Origin: Candidatus Krumholzibacteriia bacterium
GTDB taxonomy: Bacteria; Krumholzibacteriota; Krumholzibacteriia; Krumholzibacteriales; Krumholzibacteriaceae
DNA: 64,000 bases
Assembly: GCA_963836185.1 (NCBI GenBank)
Contig: CAWIIQ010000001.1
Coordinates: 480,001 to 544,000, forward strand
Direction of reading: 5' to 3'
Made by a program: the position numbers and the translations under genes
The notes under the pieces: model-generated
What the model was told of the DNA's origin: nothing
The model's database searches: none
What the model saw: the letters and a program-made list of their open reading frames with translations, nothing else
Shown: piece after piece, positions 1-8,871 of the stretch
Numbering within the stretch: position 1 is the first letter of the stretch
Layout of the letters: every line of letters begins with the position of its first letter

Positions 1-2
1 AG

Positions 3-2204
3 AGCAATCCCAGGCTGATCAACGTGATCATCTGGGGAAACACGGCCGACAGAGGAGACAATCCACAGATCTGGAACAATACCAGCTATCCTGTGATATC
101 ATTTTGTCTCATAGAAGGATGTGGAGGCAGCGGAGGAAGCTGGGACGGTACCTTTGGCCTGGACTCAGGCAACAATATTGACGAGGAACCGCTGTTTTTT
201 GATGGAATGAGCGGTGACCTGAGGCTGTTTCCCCACTCGCCGGCAGTCGATGCGGGTGCGACAGATTCAATCCCTGCGAATATCGAAAACGATCTCGGCG
301 GCAATCAGAGAATTGTAAACGATGTCGTTGATATCGGCGCGTACGAGTCGCAGGCCACCTGCCCGCCCGGATCTGTCCTTTACGTCGACGTCGACGCTTC
401 GGGCGAGAATTCAGGCGCTTCCTGGTCCGACGCTTTTACTGAGCTTCAGTTCGCACTCGACTGGGCGTGGATATGCCCTGGCGTGACGCAGATCTGGGTC
501 GCCGATGGATTCTATACGCCCGAAACAGACACCATCGTCACCGACCGGAGCGAGACATTCCAGCTTCTCGACGGGATCGCGGTCTACGGTGGATTCGCGG
601 GGACCGAGACCGACCTCTCCGAGCGGGACTGGGTGGTGAACCCTACCGTTCTGAGCGGCGATATAGGAGCTCCCGGCGACAGCACGGACAACTGTTATCA
701 CGTGGTCACAGCAAGCGGCACGGACGCGACAGCGGTTCTGGACGGCTTCACTATCACCGGGGGGAACGCCAACGCAAGTGTGACGGCCCTGGCGATGGTT
801 CAGAGCGAAACCTTCGAGAATGAAGAAATGGAAAGGGATGTGAAGCCAACCCTCTCTGGCACTTCCGTCTCGGGTTCCAGGATCATCACGGCGTGGATCG
901 ACACGCACGGGGGAGGAGTAAAAAATATCGGCGGCAGCCCCACACTGCGTAACCTCGTGATATCGAGAAATTACGCCTCGGACGGCGGGGGGATGTACAA
1001 CGACAGCGGCAGTCCGACACTCGTCAATGTCCGGTTCCTGAACAACACCGGGATCTGGGGCGGCGCCATTCACAACTGGGATGATGGTAATCCTTCGTTC
1101 GTCAACGTCGTCTTTGCCGAAAACTCGGCCGACTTCGGCGCGGGCCTATACAGTAACTGGAGCGATCCGAGCCTGATCAACGTGACCATGTCAGGCAACA
1201 CTGCCTACAGGGGCGGCGGGCTGTACAACAATTTCGGCAATCCGGTTCTTGTCAACACGATTCTCTGGGGCAATTCTGCTCAGGATGCCGGGGAGGAGAT
1301 ATACAACGCCTCGGCTGTGCCTGTTGTATCTTACTCCCTCATAGAAGGGTCCGGCGGAAGCCTGGCCTGGAATCCGTTGTTCGGCAGCGATTCCGGAAAC
1401 AACATCGACGCTGATCCTGTGTTTGTTGATGAGTTTGCCGGCGACCTGAGTCTGATGCCTGGCTCACCCGCTATCGATGCGGGCGACAACTCTTCGGTTC
1501 CATCAGGTGTTACCACGGATCTCGACAGCAATCCCAGGATCACGGGCGTAACAGTCGACATGGGGGCATACGAGTACCAGTCGGCGCTGGCCGGGGCGTT
1601 CCCTTCGCCGATTGTGTTCGAGGACCCGCCGATGAACGAGACGACCTGCGATACGATCTACTATACAAACGACGGTGGGGTCACATGCACGATCGAGGGA
1701 ATATACGGTTGTTCGACGGCACCTTTCAGTATTGACACTTCGATGACAGTTCATGCGCTCGCCCCGGGAGGTACTACCGCGGTCGTGGTATGCGTTCATC
1801 CGACTACTGCCGAGCCGGACTCTACCCAGCTTGTGATTGTCTCTGATGCGGTTAACAGCCCTACAGTCGTCGATGTCCTGCTCGACCTGGATCCGACTTC
1901 AGGCGAACAGGAAATAGTTCCGCAGCCGTTTCGAATCGTCTCCGTATCGCCGAATCCGTTCAATCCCTCGACTACTCTCTATTTCACACTTCCAGAGAAG
2001 ATGCGGGTCAAGGCTTCAGTATATTCGGTCACCGGTGCGAGGATCCGTGTGCTCTCAAACGGGAAACGTTTCAGTCCAGGATTGAACCGGCTGACATGGG
2101 ACGGCCGTACAGACAGGGGCTTTACAGCCGCTTCCGGTGTGTATTTTATACGGCTGGAGACTAAGTCCGGAACAGATGTGAAGCGTGCCGTGCTGTTGAG
2201 ATAG
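3..2204 (+). CDS. Secreted beta-helix / choice-of-anchor-Q-like surface protein with FlgD-Ig (T9SS-like) C-terminal domain; 5' partial
   Basis: Frame is open to the window edge (SNPRLINVIIWG). Contains GGG-x-YN/N-x-A beta-helix repeats, two 'SPAxDAG...R...VDxGAYE' modules, and the C-terminal PNPFNP...WDG...SGVYF...VLLR* domain. Confidence 0.85.
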   Translation, partial: SNPRLINVIIWGNTADRGDNPQIWNNTSYPVISFCLIEGCGGSGGSWDGTFGLDSGNNIDEEPLFFDGMSGDLRLFPHSPAVDAGATDSIPANIENDLGGNQRIVNDVVDIGAYESQATCPPGSVLYVDVDASGENSGASWSDAFTELQFALDWAWICPGVTQIWVADGFYTPETDTIVTDRSETFQLLDGIAVYGGFAGTETDLSERDWVVNPTVLSGDIGAPGDSTDNCYHVVTASGTDATAVLDGFTITGGNANASVTALAMVQSETFENEEMERDVKPTLSGTSVSGSRIITAWIDTHGGGVKNIGGSPTLRNLVISRNYASDGGGMYNDSGSPTLVNVRFLNNTGIWGGAIHNWDDGNPSFVNVVFAENSADFGAGLYSNWSDPSLINVTMSGNTAYRGGGLYNNFGNPVLVNTILWGNSAQDAGEEIYNASAVPVVSYSLIEGSGGSLAWNPLFGSDSGNNIDADPVFVDEFAGDLSLMPGSPAIDAGDNSSVPSGVTTDLDSNPRITGVTVDMGAYEYQSALAGAFPSPIVFEDPPMNETTCDTIYYTNDGGVTCTIEGIYGCSTAPFSIDTSMTVHALAPGGTTAVVVCVHPTTAEPDSTQLVIVSDAVNSPTVVDVLLDLDPTSGEQEIVPQPFRIVSVSPNPFNPSTTLYFTLPEKMRVKASVYSVTGARIRVLSNGKRFSPGLNRLTWDGRTDRGFTAASGVYFIRLETKSGTDVKRAVLLR

Positions 2205-2208
2205 AGTG

Positions 2209-2226
2209 ATGGTGCTTCTGAGGTAA
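2209..2226 (+). repeat. Degenerate echo of the upstream gene's 3' end (reads MVLLR*)
   Basis: atg gtg ctt ctg agg taa follows 4 nt after the gene end gcc gtg ctg ttg aga tag. Confidence 0.75.
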
Positions 2227-2244
2227 ATAGGGCATAATAGGCAC

Positions 2245-3385
2245 ATGTTTGCCTATCAGAAGACTAACCGGTATTTCGCACAGATCTCCGACGGGCTGGA
2301 GACCGTGGGCGTAAACGAACTTACATCCCTCGGAGCGACAGACGTCAAGCCGTCGTTCCGGGGGATCTACTTTTCCGCCAGCCCCGCCCTGTTGTACCGG
2401 GTCAACTATATGACACGGCTCGCAACGCGGGTGCTCGCGCCGCTGATCACATTCGACTGCCACAGCGACAAGTATCTCTACAAGACTGCAAATTCGATCG
2501 CCTGGAACGAGCTCTTCTCAGTGAGGCAGACCTTCGCCATAGACGCGAATGTCAGCGACAGCAATATCACGCACTCTCAGTACGCCGCGCAGAAGCTCAA
2601 GGACGCGATCGTAGACCAGTTCCGCGACGCGTGCGGGGAGCGGCCCAGCGTCAAGACGAGGGACCCCGATATCTGGCTGAACCTCTTTATCCGAAACAAC
2701 AAGGCGACGATCAGCATCGACACTTCGGGAGGTTCGCTGCACAGGCGCGGCTACCGGGTCGCCTCGGTCGAGGCGCCGATGCAGGAGACGGTCGCGGCTG
2801 CGATCATCAGGTACACAGGCTGGGATGGAGAGAAGCCTCTCTACGATCCGATGTGCGGGTCTGGGACGCTTCTCTGCGAGGCGGCTATGCATTACTGCCG
2901 GATACCGGCGGGGTATTTCCGAAGCGAGTTCGGGTTCATGAGACTTCCCGACTATAAGAAGGCGCTCTGGAAGAAGGTCAGGGAGGACTGTGACGCGCGG
3001 ATCAGGCCGCTGCCGCAGGGGCTGGTATCGGGGAGCGATATGTCGCGCGCAGATGCACATGCCGCGAGGCAGAACTGCGGCGAGCTGCCCGGAGGAGAGA
3101 ACATCTCCATCGGCATCAAGCCGTTCCAGGAGATCGAGTCGCTCGATGACACAATCATCGTCTGCAATCCGCCGTACGGTGTGCGGATGAAGGACAGGGG
3201 GGACCCGGGAAGGCTCCTCGGCGAGTTCAGCGAGTTTCTGATCGAGCGGTGCCGGGGAAGCCGTTGCCTACATATACTTCGGTAAAGAGAAGCAGATGGA
3301 TACGGTCAAGCTGCGCGCCGCCTGGAAGAAGCCGATGAAGAGCGGCGGGCTCGACGGATTCCTCGGGAAGTACAAGATCCGCTGA
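2245..3385 (+). CDS. rlmL: THUMP-domain class I SAM-dependent RNA methyltransferase (RlmL/YpsC-like); one frameshift near 3260
   Basis: Motifs SLHRRGYR, APMQET, DPMCGSGT and NPPYG. The C-terminus continues in another frame (VAYIYFG...KSGGLDGFLGKYKIR*) to TGA at 3385. Confidence 0.8.
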
Positions 3386-3447
3386 AACGGAGACTCCTTA
3401 AAAACCTGGGTAGATACCACTATATTAAAAAGATTGATTATTGCCTC

Positions 3448-3476
3448 TTGTATTATGGGCATATGTGCATTATAAT
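3448..3476 (+). promoter_or_regulatory. Sigma70-type promoter with an imperfect palindrome (candidate operator) upstream of the DUF134/Hdr cluster
   Basis: TTGTAT-17 nt-TATAAT; ATGGGCATATGTGCAT (3455-3470) lies between the two boxes. Confidence 0.55.
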
Positions 3477-3505
3477 GTCCGGAGTGATTTGACAGGGAGA
3501 TCCGG

Positions 3506-3968
3506 ATGCCGCGCCCGAAGAAGAACAAGATGGTCAGCAGCCCCCCTCTTTACAGCGGGTTCAAGCCTGTTGGGATACGGCGGGACATGCTCCAGGACAT
3601 CAACCTCGAGATCGATGAGTACGAGGCCATAAGGCTAAGTGATTACGAGGGTTTGGACCATGCAGACGCCGCTGCCGAGATGGAGATCTCAAGGTCGACA
3701 TTCTCGAGATTGATCGAAAAAGCGCGGAACAAGGTGGCCATCTTTCTCATCGAGGGCAGGATGCTCCAGATCGAAGGGGGCAAGATCCACTTCAGGGACA
3801 ATGTCCTGAAATGCCAGGGTTGTGGGCATATATTCAATATCGATATCGGTACCCGCTTCTCGAAATGTCCCGAATGCGGGTCCAGATCAGCTGTTTAACC
3901 TCGCCGGCAGGTTCGGCCACGGCCGCTGCTGCGCGGACGAAGAGAAGAAGGTCGAGCATGGCGAATAA
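3506..3968 (+). CDS. DUF134 family DNA-binding protein with C-terminal Zn ribbon; frameshift near 3885
   Basis: MPRPKK...EYEAIRLSDYEGL..AAAEMEISRSTFSR; CxxC...CxxC; the end continues in another frame as LFNLAGRFGHGRCC...*. Confidence 0.85.
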
Positions 3969-4134
3969 GGAGAGGCTCGGAAGGAACAAGGGCGGCGGAT
4001 TCGGCCCGGGCGGAAATTGCGTATGCGCCGGGTGCGGGGAGAAGGTTCCGCATCAGAAGGGCGTCAAGTGTACGACACTGAAGTGCCCGAAGTGCGGGAA
4101 GCCGATGGTCAGGGAGGAACTTCTCGGACGCTGA
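3958..4134 (+). CDS. Small Cys-rich Zn-ribbon protein (58 aa)
   Basis: MANKE...GPGGNCVCAGCGEKVPHQKGVKCTTLKCPKCG; overlaps the DUF134 stop region. Confidence 0.75.
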   Translation: MANKERLGRNKGGGFGPGGNCVCAGCGEKVPHQKGVKCTTLKCPKCGKPMVREELLGR

Positions 4135-4229
4135 TCCGGACATCATGTGAACTGGTAACAGAAGAGATTATTAATAAGGTAATCAGGTAATCGAAAGCTT
4201 CATTTTCTTTTTTTTGAAAGGTGGGTCCC

Positions 4230-4655
4230 GTGGAGAACAAGAAGATGACTATCGCGCTTTTCTCGGGAAGCATAGACAAGCTGACCGGAGCGTCCATTAT
4301 CCTTGGTGGCGCCGCCGCTGATGACATGGATGTAGAGGTATTCGTGCTGATGCAGGGCGCGAGGGCGTTCATGAAAGATGTCGCCGGCGATCCGGCAAAG
4401 CTGAACATGGCCGAGAACCCCGAGCTGAAGGAGGAGTTCCTCGCTTCCCTCGACAGGCTCAAGGTCACGCCCTGGATGGATTTCTTCAAGGAAGCGAAAG
4501 AGCTTGCCAACGTCAAGGTCTATGTCTGCGGACTCGCCGGCAAGATCTGGGGCGGAGAAGAGCTGAGCGATTTTGTCGATCTCGTCGATGATATCGTCGG
4601 TATAGGGGAATGCATCACTTCGATGCAGGAAGCCGATGTCCATCTGTTCATCTAG
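4230..4655 (+). CDS. DsrE/DsrF/DrsH-like (DsrE2-type) sulfur-carrier protein
   Basis: IALFSGSIDKL...GAAAxDMDVEVF...G, conserved YVC cysteine, C-terminal HLFI. GTG start follows an AAAGGT RBS; adjacent to tusA. Confidence 0.75.
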   Translation: MENKKMTIALFSGSIDKLTGASIILGGAAADDMDVEVFVLMQGARAFMKDVAGDPAKLNMAENPELKEEFLASLDRLKVTPWMDFFKEAKELANVKVYVCGLAGKIWGGEELSDFVDLVDDIVGIGECITSMQEADVHLFI

Positions 4656-4673
4656 CTTACAGGAGGAACTGAA

Positions 4674-4925
4674 ATGGAACAGGAAGAACTCAGGAACCTC
4701 AGTGTCGACAAGAGCGTAGACGCCAGGGCGACCGCATGCCCCGGGCCGCTTCTTGCCGCGAAGAAGGCTGTCAGGGAACTCGAGTCGGGCCAGCTGATGG
4801 AGGTCATGTCGGCCGATCCGGCCACCAAGAGGGATATCCCCAAGTGGGCCACGAAAAAAGGCCACGAGTACCTCGGTACTGTTGAGGAAGACGGATACTT
4901 CAGGATCTACATGAAGGTGAAATGA
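4674..4925 (+). CDS. tusA: Sulfurtransferase TusA family protein
   Basis: VDARATACPGPLLAAKK (CPxP motif), DP..KRDIPKW; 83 aa. Confidence 0.9.
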   Translation: MEQEELRNLSVDKSVDARATACPGPLLAAKKAVRELESGQLMEVMSADPATKRDIPKWATKKGHEYLGTVEEDGYFRIYMKVK

Positions 4926-5323
4926 GTAACGAAGGCAAAAAAGGGATCTCTATCCTCGTCTTTTCGACCGAGAAGATATCGGATCCCGCGATCGATCTCG
5001 CCGGGCTGCTCAAGCAGCACTACCCGCCGGAGGTCGATAATATAAGCGTTCCATGCTCGAGCGGCATCAAGCCGAAATGGATCATGCATGCCTTTGAGCG
5101 GGGATTCGACGGAGTCTTCATCGCCGCCGACGGAACCGACTGCCCCTACGGCGAGACTTGCGCAGAGAAGACGGCGGATGTCGTCGCCCGCACTCACGCA
5201 TTGATGAAAGAGAAGGGTATCGACCCGGCGAAGCTGAGGATGGCCGCGATCTGCTCGGTCTGCTCTCAGGCCTTCGTGAAACTGGTAAAGGATCTCGCCG
5301 ATTACCTGGATGGAGCATCATGA
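4922..5323 (+). CDS. mvhD: MvhD/FlpD-like iron-sulfur subunit with atypical Cys pattern
   Basis: IxVF...AIDLAG...YPP...VPCS...AFERGFDGVFI...DCPY...GIDPxxL; coupled to both neighbours by ATGA overlaps. Confidence 0.8.
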   Translation: MSNEGKKGISILVFSTEKISDPAIDLAGLLKQHYPPEVDNISVPCSSGIKPKWIMHAFERGFDGVFIAADGTDCPYGETCAEKTADVVARTHALMKEKGIDPAKLRMAAICSVCSQAFVKLVKDLADYLDGAS

Positions 5324-6621
5324 GTGCGCAGACCGGCAGGCTTGAATATGACGCAGTAGTCGTCGGCGGAGGGATTGCCGGGCAGGAATCTGCGCTGAAT
5401 CTGGCCGATTCGGGCCTGAAGGTGCTGCTCGTCGAGAAGGACCTCTCGATAGGCGGGAAGATGATCCACCTGAGCAAGGTCTTCCCGACGCTCGACTGCG
5501 GCGCCTGCATCACTACCCCGAAGGTCTCCGAGACGGCGAGGCATCCCAACATCACGATCGAGACGAACAGCGAGATAGGCGATATCGAAAGGCTCCCCGA
5601 CGGTTCCCTCAGGGGCGTCCTTACGAGACATCCTCGCTACATCATCGAGAAGGACTGCACCGGCTGCGGGGATTGTGAGAAAGTCTGCCCCGTAATTGTC
5701 GAAGACCAGTACCAGTACGGCATGGTAGGCAGGAAAGCGGTCTACGTCCCGTTCAGCATCGCGAACCCGAGGATCGTCGCTATCGATATCGAGAACTGCA
5801 TCCTCTGCGGAGCGTGCGAGAAGGCATGTCCGGCCGACGCAATCGATTTCACCCAGAAGGCCGAAAAGCGCGAAGTCATCGCGAAGACGGTTATAGTAGC
5901 GACGGGATTCAGGCTGTTCGACCCTTCCATCATCGAGAACTACGGGCTCGGCAGGTTCAAAAACGTCGTCACGTCGATGCAGATGGAGAGGCAGCTCGTC
6001 CCGACAAGGCCGTACAACAATGTCCTGAGGCCGAAGGACGGGAAGATGCCCGACAATATCGCTTATGTCCTCTGCACCGGGTCGCGCGATGTGACGCTGG
6101 GCAACCCGATATGCTCGCAGGTCTGCTGCATGTACTCGATGAAGCAGGGGCAGCTCCTGCTCGGCGCCCTGCCGATGGCCGACGTCACTATCTACTACAT
6201 CAATATCAGGGCGTTCGGAAAGGGATTCGAGGAGTTCTACCAGGGCACGAGAGATATGGGGGTCGAGTTCGTCAAGGGGAAGGTCGGCACGATCGCGGAG
6301 AAGGATGACGGCGACCTGATAGTGAGATACGAGGATATGCAGGATGGTGTGGTCAGGGAGGCCGAGCACGACATGGTCGTCCTTTCGGTCGGCATGCTGT
6401 CGAACCCCGAGGCGGGCATGCTCTTCAAGGGCGAGGCCCTCGAGCTCGACGAGTTCGGCTACGTCAGGCAGGTCGACAGGCTGAGCAATCCGGCCAGCAC
6501 CAATATTGAAGGCGTCTTCGTTGCCGGCACTGCCTGCGGGCCGATGGATATCCCCGATTCGATAGCTTCAGCGGGGGCCGCGTCGGCCGAGGCTCTGAGT
6601 TTTATAAAGAGGAAAGTATGA
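5320..6621 (+). CDS. hdrA: Heterodisulfide reductase subunit A-like flavoprotein (short form, lacks the N-terminal domain)
   Basis: VVVGGGIAG FAD motif, KVFPTLDCGAC, two CxxCxxCxxxCP, LCTGSRD...CSQVCC, GVFVAG..GPMDIPDS. Real start is the ATG at 5320. Confidence 0.9.
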   Translation: MSAQTGRLEYDAVVVGGGIAGQESALNLADSGLKVLLVEKDLSIGGKMIHLSKVFPTLDCGACITTPKVSETARHPNITIETNSEIGDIERLPDGSLRGVLTRHPRYIIEKDCTGCGDCEKVCPVIVEDQYQYGMVGRKAVYVPFSIANPRIVAIDIENCILCGACEKACPADAIDFTQKAEKREVIAKTVIVATGFRLFDPSIIENYGLGRFKNVVTSMQMERQLVPTRPYNNVLRPKDGKMPDNIAYVLCTGSRDVTLGNPICSQVCCMYSMKQGQLLLGALPMADVTIYYINIRAFGKGFEEFYQGTRDMGVEFVKGKVGTIAEKDDGDLIVRYEDMQDGVVREAEHDMVVLSVGMLSNPEAGMLFKGEALELDEFGYVRQVDRLSNPASTNIEGVFVAGTACGPMDIPDSIASAGAASAEALSFIKRKV

Positions 6622-8573
6622 ACAGCAGGATAGGCGTTTATATCTGCCAGTGTGGCTCCAATATCTCGGACTACGTCGACGTCGAGAAGGTCAAGGAAGC
6701 TGTCGAGCAGGAAGAGGGCGTTGTCCTGGCGAAGATCACGATGTTCGCCTGCGCCGACTCGACACAGCAGGAGATCGTCCAAGACATAGAGGAAGAGAAG
6801 CTCGACGGAATGGTCGTCGCTTCATGCTCGCCCAAGCTTCACCTCGGAACGTTCAGGAGCGTTGCCGAGAGGGCGGGCCTTAACAGGTACAATTACGTTC
6901 AGTCAAATATCAGGGAGCAGGCCTCATGGGCCCATTCCGACAAGCCGGCCGAGGCGACAGAGAAGGCCATAAGAAATGTAAAGGCGGCGATCGCCAGAAC
7001 GAGGCTTGCCGCGCCTCTGATTCCCCCGATGATCCCGTCGGAGAACACGGCGCTCGTCGTCGGGGCGGGTATAGCGGGGATGAGGGCGGCGATCGACCTG
7101 GCCGATACAGGCTCGAAGGTCTATCTCATCGAGAAGGATCATTTCGTCGGCGGAAGGACGGCGCAGTGGGGCGAGCTCTTCCCTACCGGCCAGACCGGGG
7201 CCGATGTGATAACGGACCTCTACCGCGAGGTGGGAAAGCGGGAGAACATCACACTTTATACGGGGTGCGAGGCCGTCTCGAAATCGGGGAGCATGGGGAA
7301 TTTCGCGGTTCAGCTGAGGATCGATCCGCGCGGCATCAGAGGCGGAGACAGTCTTCCCGGGTCCGCTGATTTCGAGACGAGGCTCGTGCGCGCGATAGCC
7401 GCATGCCCCGTAAGTGTTCCCGACATATTCGACTTCGGCCTCTCGGAGAGAAAAGCGCTCTACATCAATCCGGGCGGACTGCCAGGACTTCCCGTCGTGG
7501 ACCGCGAGGCGTGCACCGGGTGCGGCGAATGCGTGAAGATCTGCCCCGAGATCGATCTCGAGCAGAAGGATGAGCTCGTCGATATCAAGGCGGGATCGGT
7601 CATCATCGCTTCCGGGTTCGATCCGTACGAGCCGAAGCAGGGCGAGTTCGGATACGGGGAGATAGACAACGTTATTACGATGCAGCAGTTCAGGAGACTT
7701 ATCGAGACGTGCGGGAAGAAGCTCGTCTTCGGCGGAAAAAAGATACGCAGCATCGCATGGATCTTCTGTGTCGGCAGCCGGCAGACGGGAGAGCTCGAAG
7801 GGGAGAACAAGTACTGCGCGAGGTACTGCTGCACATCGGCGATACACTCGGCGGTCGTGGCGAAGAAGAGGTTCGCGGACATCCGGAACTATCACTTCAC
7901 CAGGGGCGTCAGGACATACGGCAAGTACGAGACTATATACGAGGAATCTGCATCGCTTGGCGACATCTACCTGCAGTCGACCGAGGACGATCCACCCGTC
8001 GTGAGCGTGGAGGATGGAACGACCCTGGTAAAGATCAACGACATTATGACCGAGGAGAAGGAACTCGAGGTCGCCCCCGACCTCGTCGTCCTCGTCACGG
8101 GGATGGTCCCGCGGGCCGGGAGCACGATCGGCTCGATAATGAAGGCGCCGGCCGGGCTGGACGGTTTCTTCAACGAGGTCCATCCGAAGCTCAAGCCGGT
8201 CGAGACGGTCATCGACGGGATCTTTCTGGCGGGCACGTCGCAGGGGCCGAAGAATATCACCGAGACGGCTATGTCGGCCCATTCAGCGGCGATCAAGACA
8301 CATACGCTTATCAGCAAGGGTGAGATAGAGCTCGAGCCGACGATGGCCCTGGTAGATCGGGGAGCCTGCGAGTGGTGCGGGAAATGCGCCGCCGCATGCC
8401 CCTTCGACGCGATAGACGAGGTGAAAGAGGGTGCGAAGAGCGTTGCGGCCGTCAACGAATCGGCATGCAAGGGATGCGGGATGTGCCTGCCGGTCTGCCC
8501 GGTGAACGCTGTCCAGCTCAAGGGATTCACGGACGCCGAGATAGAAGCGATGATCGACGCGATGGCGGAATGA
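6618..8573 (+). CDS. hdrA: Heterodisulfide reductase subunit A-like flavoprotein (651 aa)
   Basis: RIGVYICQCG N-domain, VVASCSPKLH, VVGAGIAG, CVGSR...CARYCC, HPKLKPVET, C-terminal 2x[4Fe-4S] ferredoxin. Confidence 0.9.
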   Translation: MNSRIGVYICQCGSNISDYVDVEKVKEAVEQEEGVVLAKITMFACADSTQQEIVQDIEEEKLDGMVVASCSPKLHLGTFRSVAERAGLNRYNYVQSNIREQASWAHSDKPAEATEKAIRNVKAAIARTRLAAPLIPPMIPSENTALVVGAGIAGMRAAIDLADTGSKVYLIEKDHFVGGRTAQWGELFPTGQTGADVITDLYREVGKRENITLYTGCEAVSKSGSMGNFAVQLRIDPRGIRGGDSLPGSADFETRLVRAIAACPVSVPDIFDFGLSERKALYINPGGLPGLPVVDREACTGCGECVKICPEIDLEQKDELVDIKAGSVIIASGFDPYEPKQGEFGYGEIDNVITMQQFRRLIETCGKKLVFGGKKIRSIAWIFCVGSRQTGELEGENKYCARYCCTSAIHSAVVAKKRFADIRNYHFTRGVRTYGKYETIYEESASLGDIYLQSTEDDPPVVSVEDGTTLVKINDIMTEEKELEVAPDLVVLVTGMVPRAGSTIGSIMKAPAGLDGFFNEVHPKLKPVETVIDGIFLAGTSQGPKNITETAMSAHSAAIKTHTLISKGEIELEPTMALVDRGACEWCGKCAAACPFDAIDEVKEGAKSVAAVNESACKGCGMCLPVCPVNAVQLKGFTDAEIEAMIDAMAE

Positions 8574-8590
8574 TACGAGGTTTCAAGGTG

Positions 8591-8867
8591 ATGAACGAAA
8601 AGAAACGTACAGTCGACCATATGAGAGAGCGGCGTGAGGTCCCCTCCGAAGCGAAGGAGCGGGTCAAGAGATTACAACGCGATAAAGAGGGCGATAAAGA
8701 AGGCCCTGGAGGGCGAGGAGCTGACGATACTCGAGATAGCGGAAAAGACGGGGATGGAGCCCGAAGATGTCACCTTCTACCTGATGACGATGAGGAAGTT
8801 CGGCGAGGTCGAGTTCGTCGATGACGATGATGTGGACGATTATTACAGCTACAGGATAAAGGAATGA
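8591..8867 (+). CDS. Small winged-helix protein within the Hdr cluster; frameshift near 8668
   Basis: Reconstructed MNEKKRTVDHMRERREVPSEAKERVK/DYNAIKRAIKKALEGEELTILEIAEKTGMEPEDVTFYLMTMRKFG...*. Confidence 0.7.
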
Positions 8868-8871
8868 CCGG

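Noticed and set aside
5158-5319. N-terminal extensions in the ORF track (5158 hdrA, 27600 carB, 32656 speD, 15195, 10061)
   Set aside because: They overlap upstream genes or lack family similarity; downstream ATGs with an RBS or ATGA coupling fit better.
4922-8573. Selenocysteine recoding in MvhD or HdrA
   Set aside because: No in-frame TGA at Cys positions; the ORFs are complete and their TGA stops are terminal.
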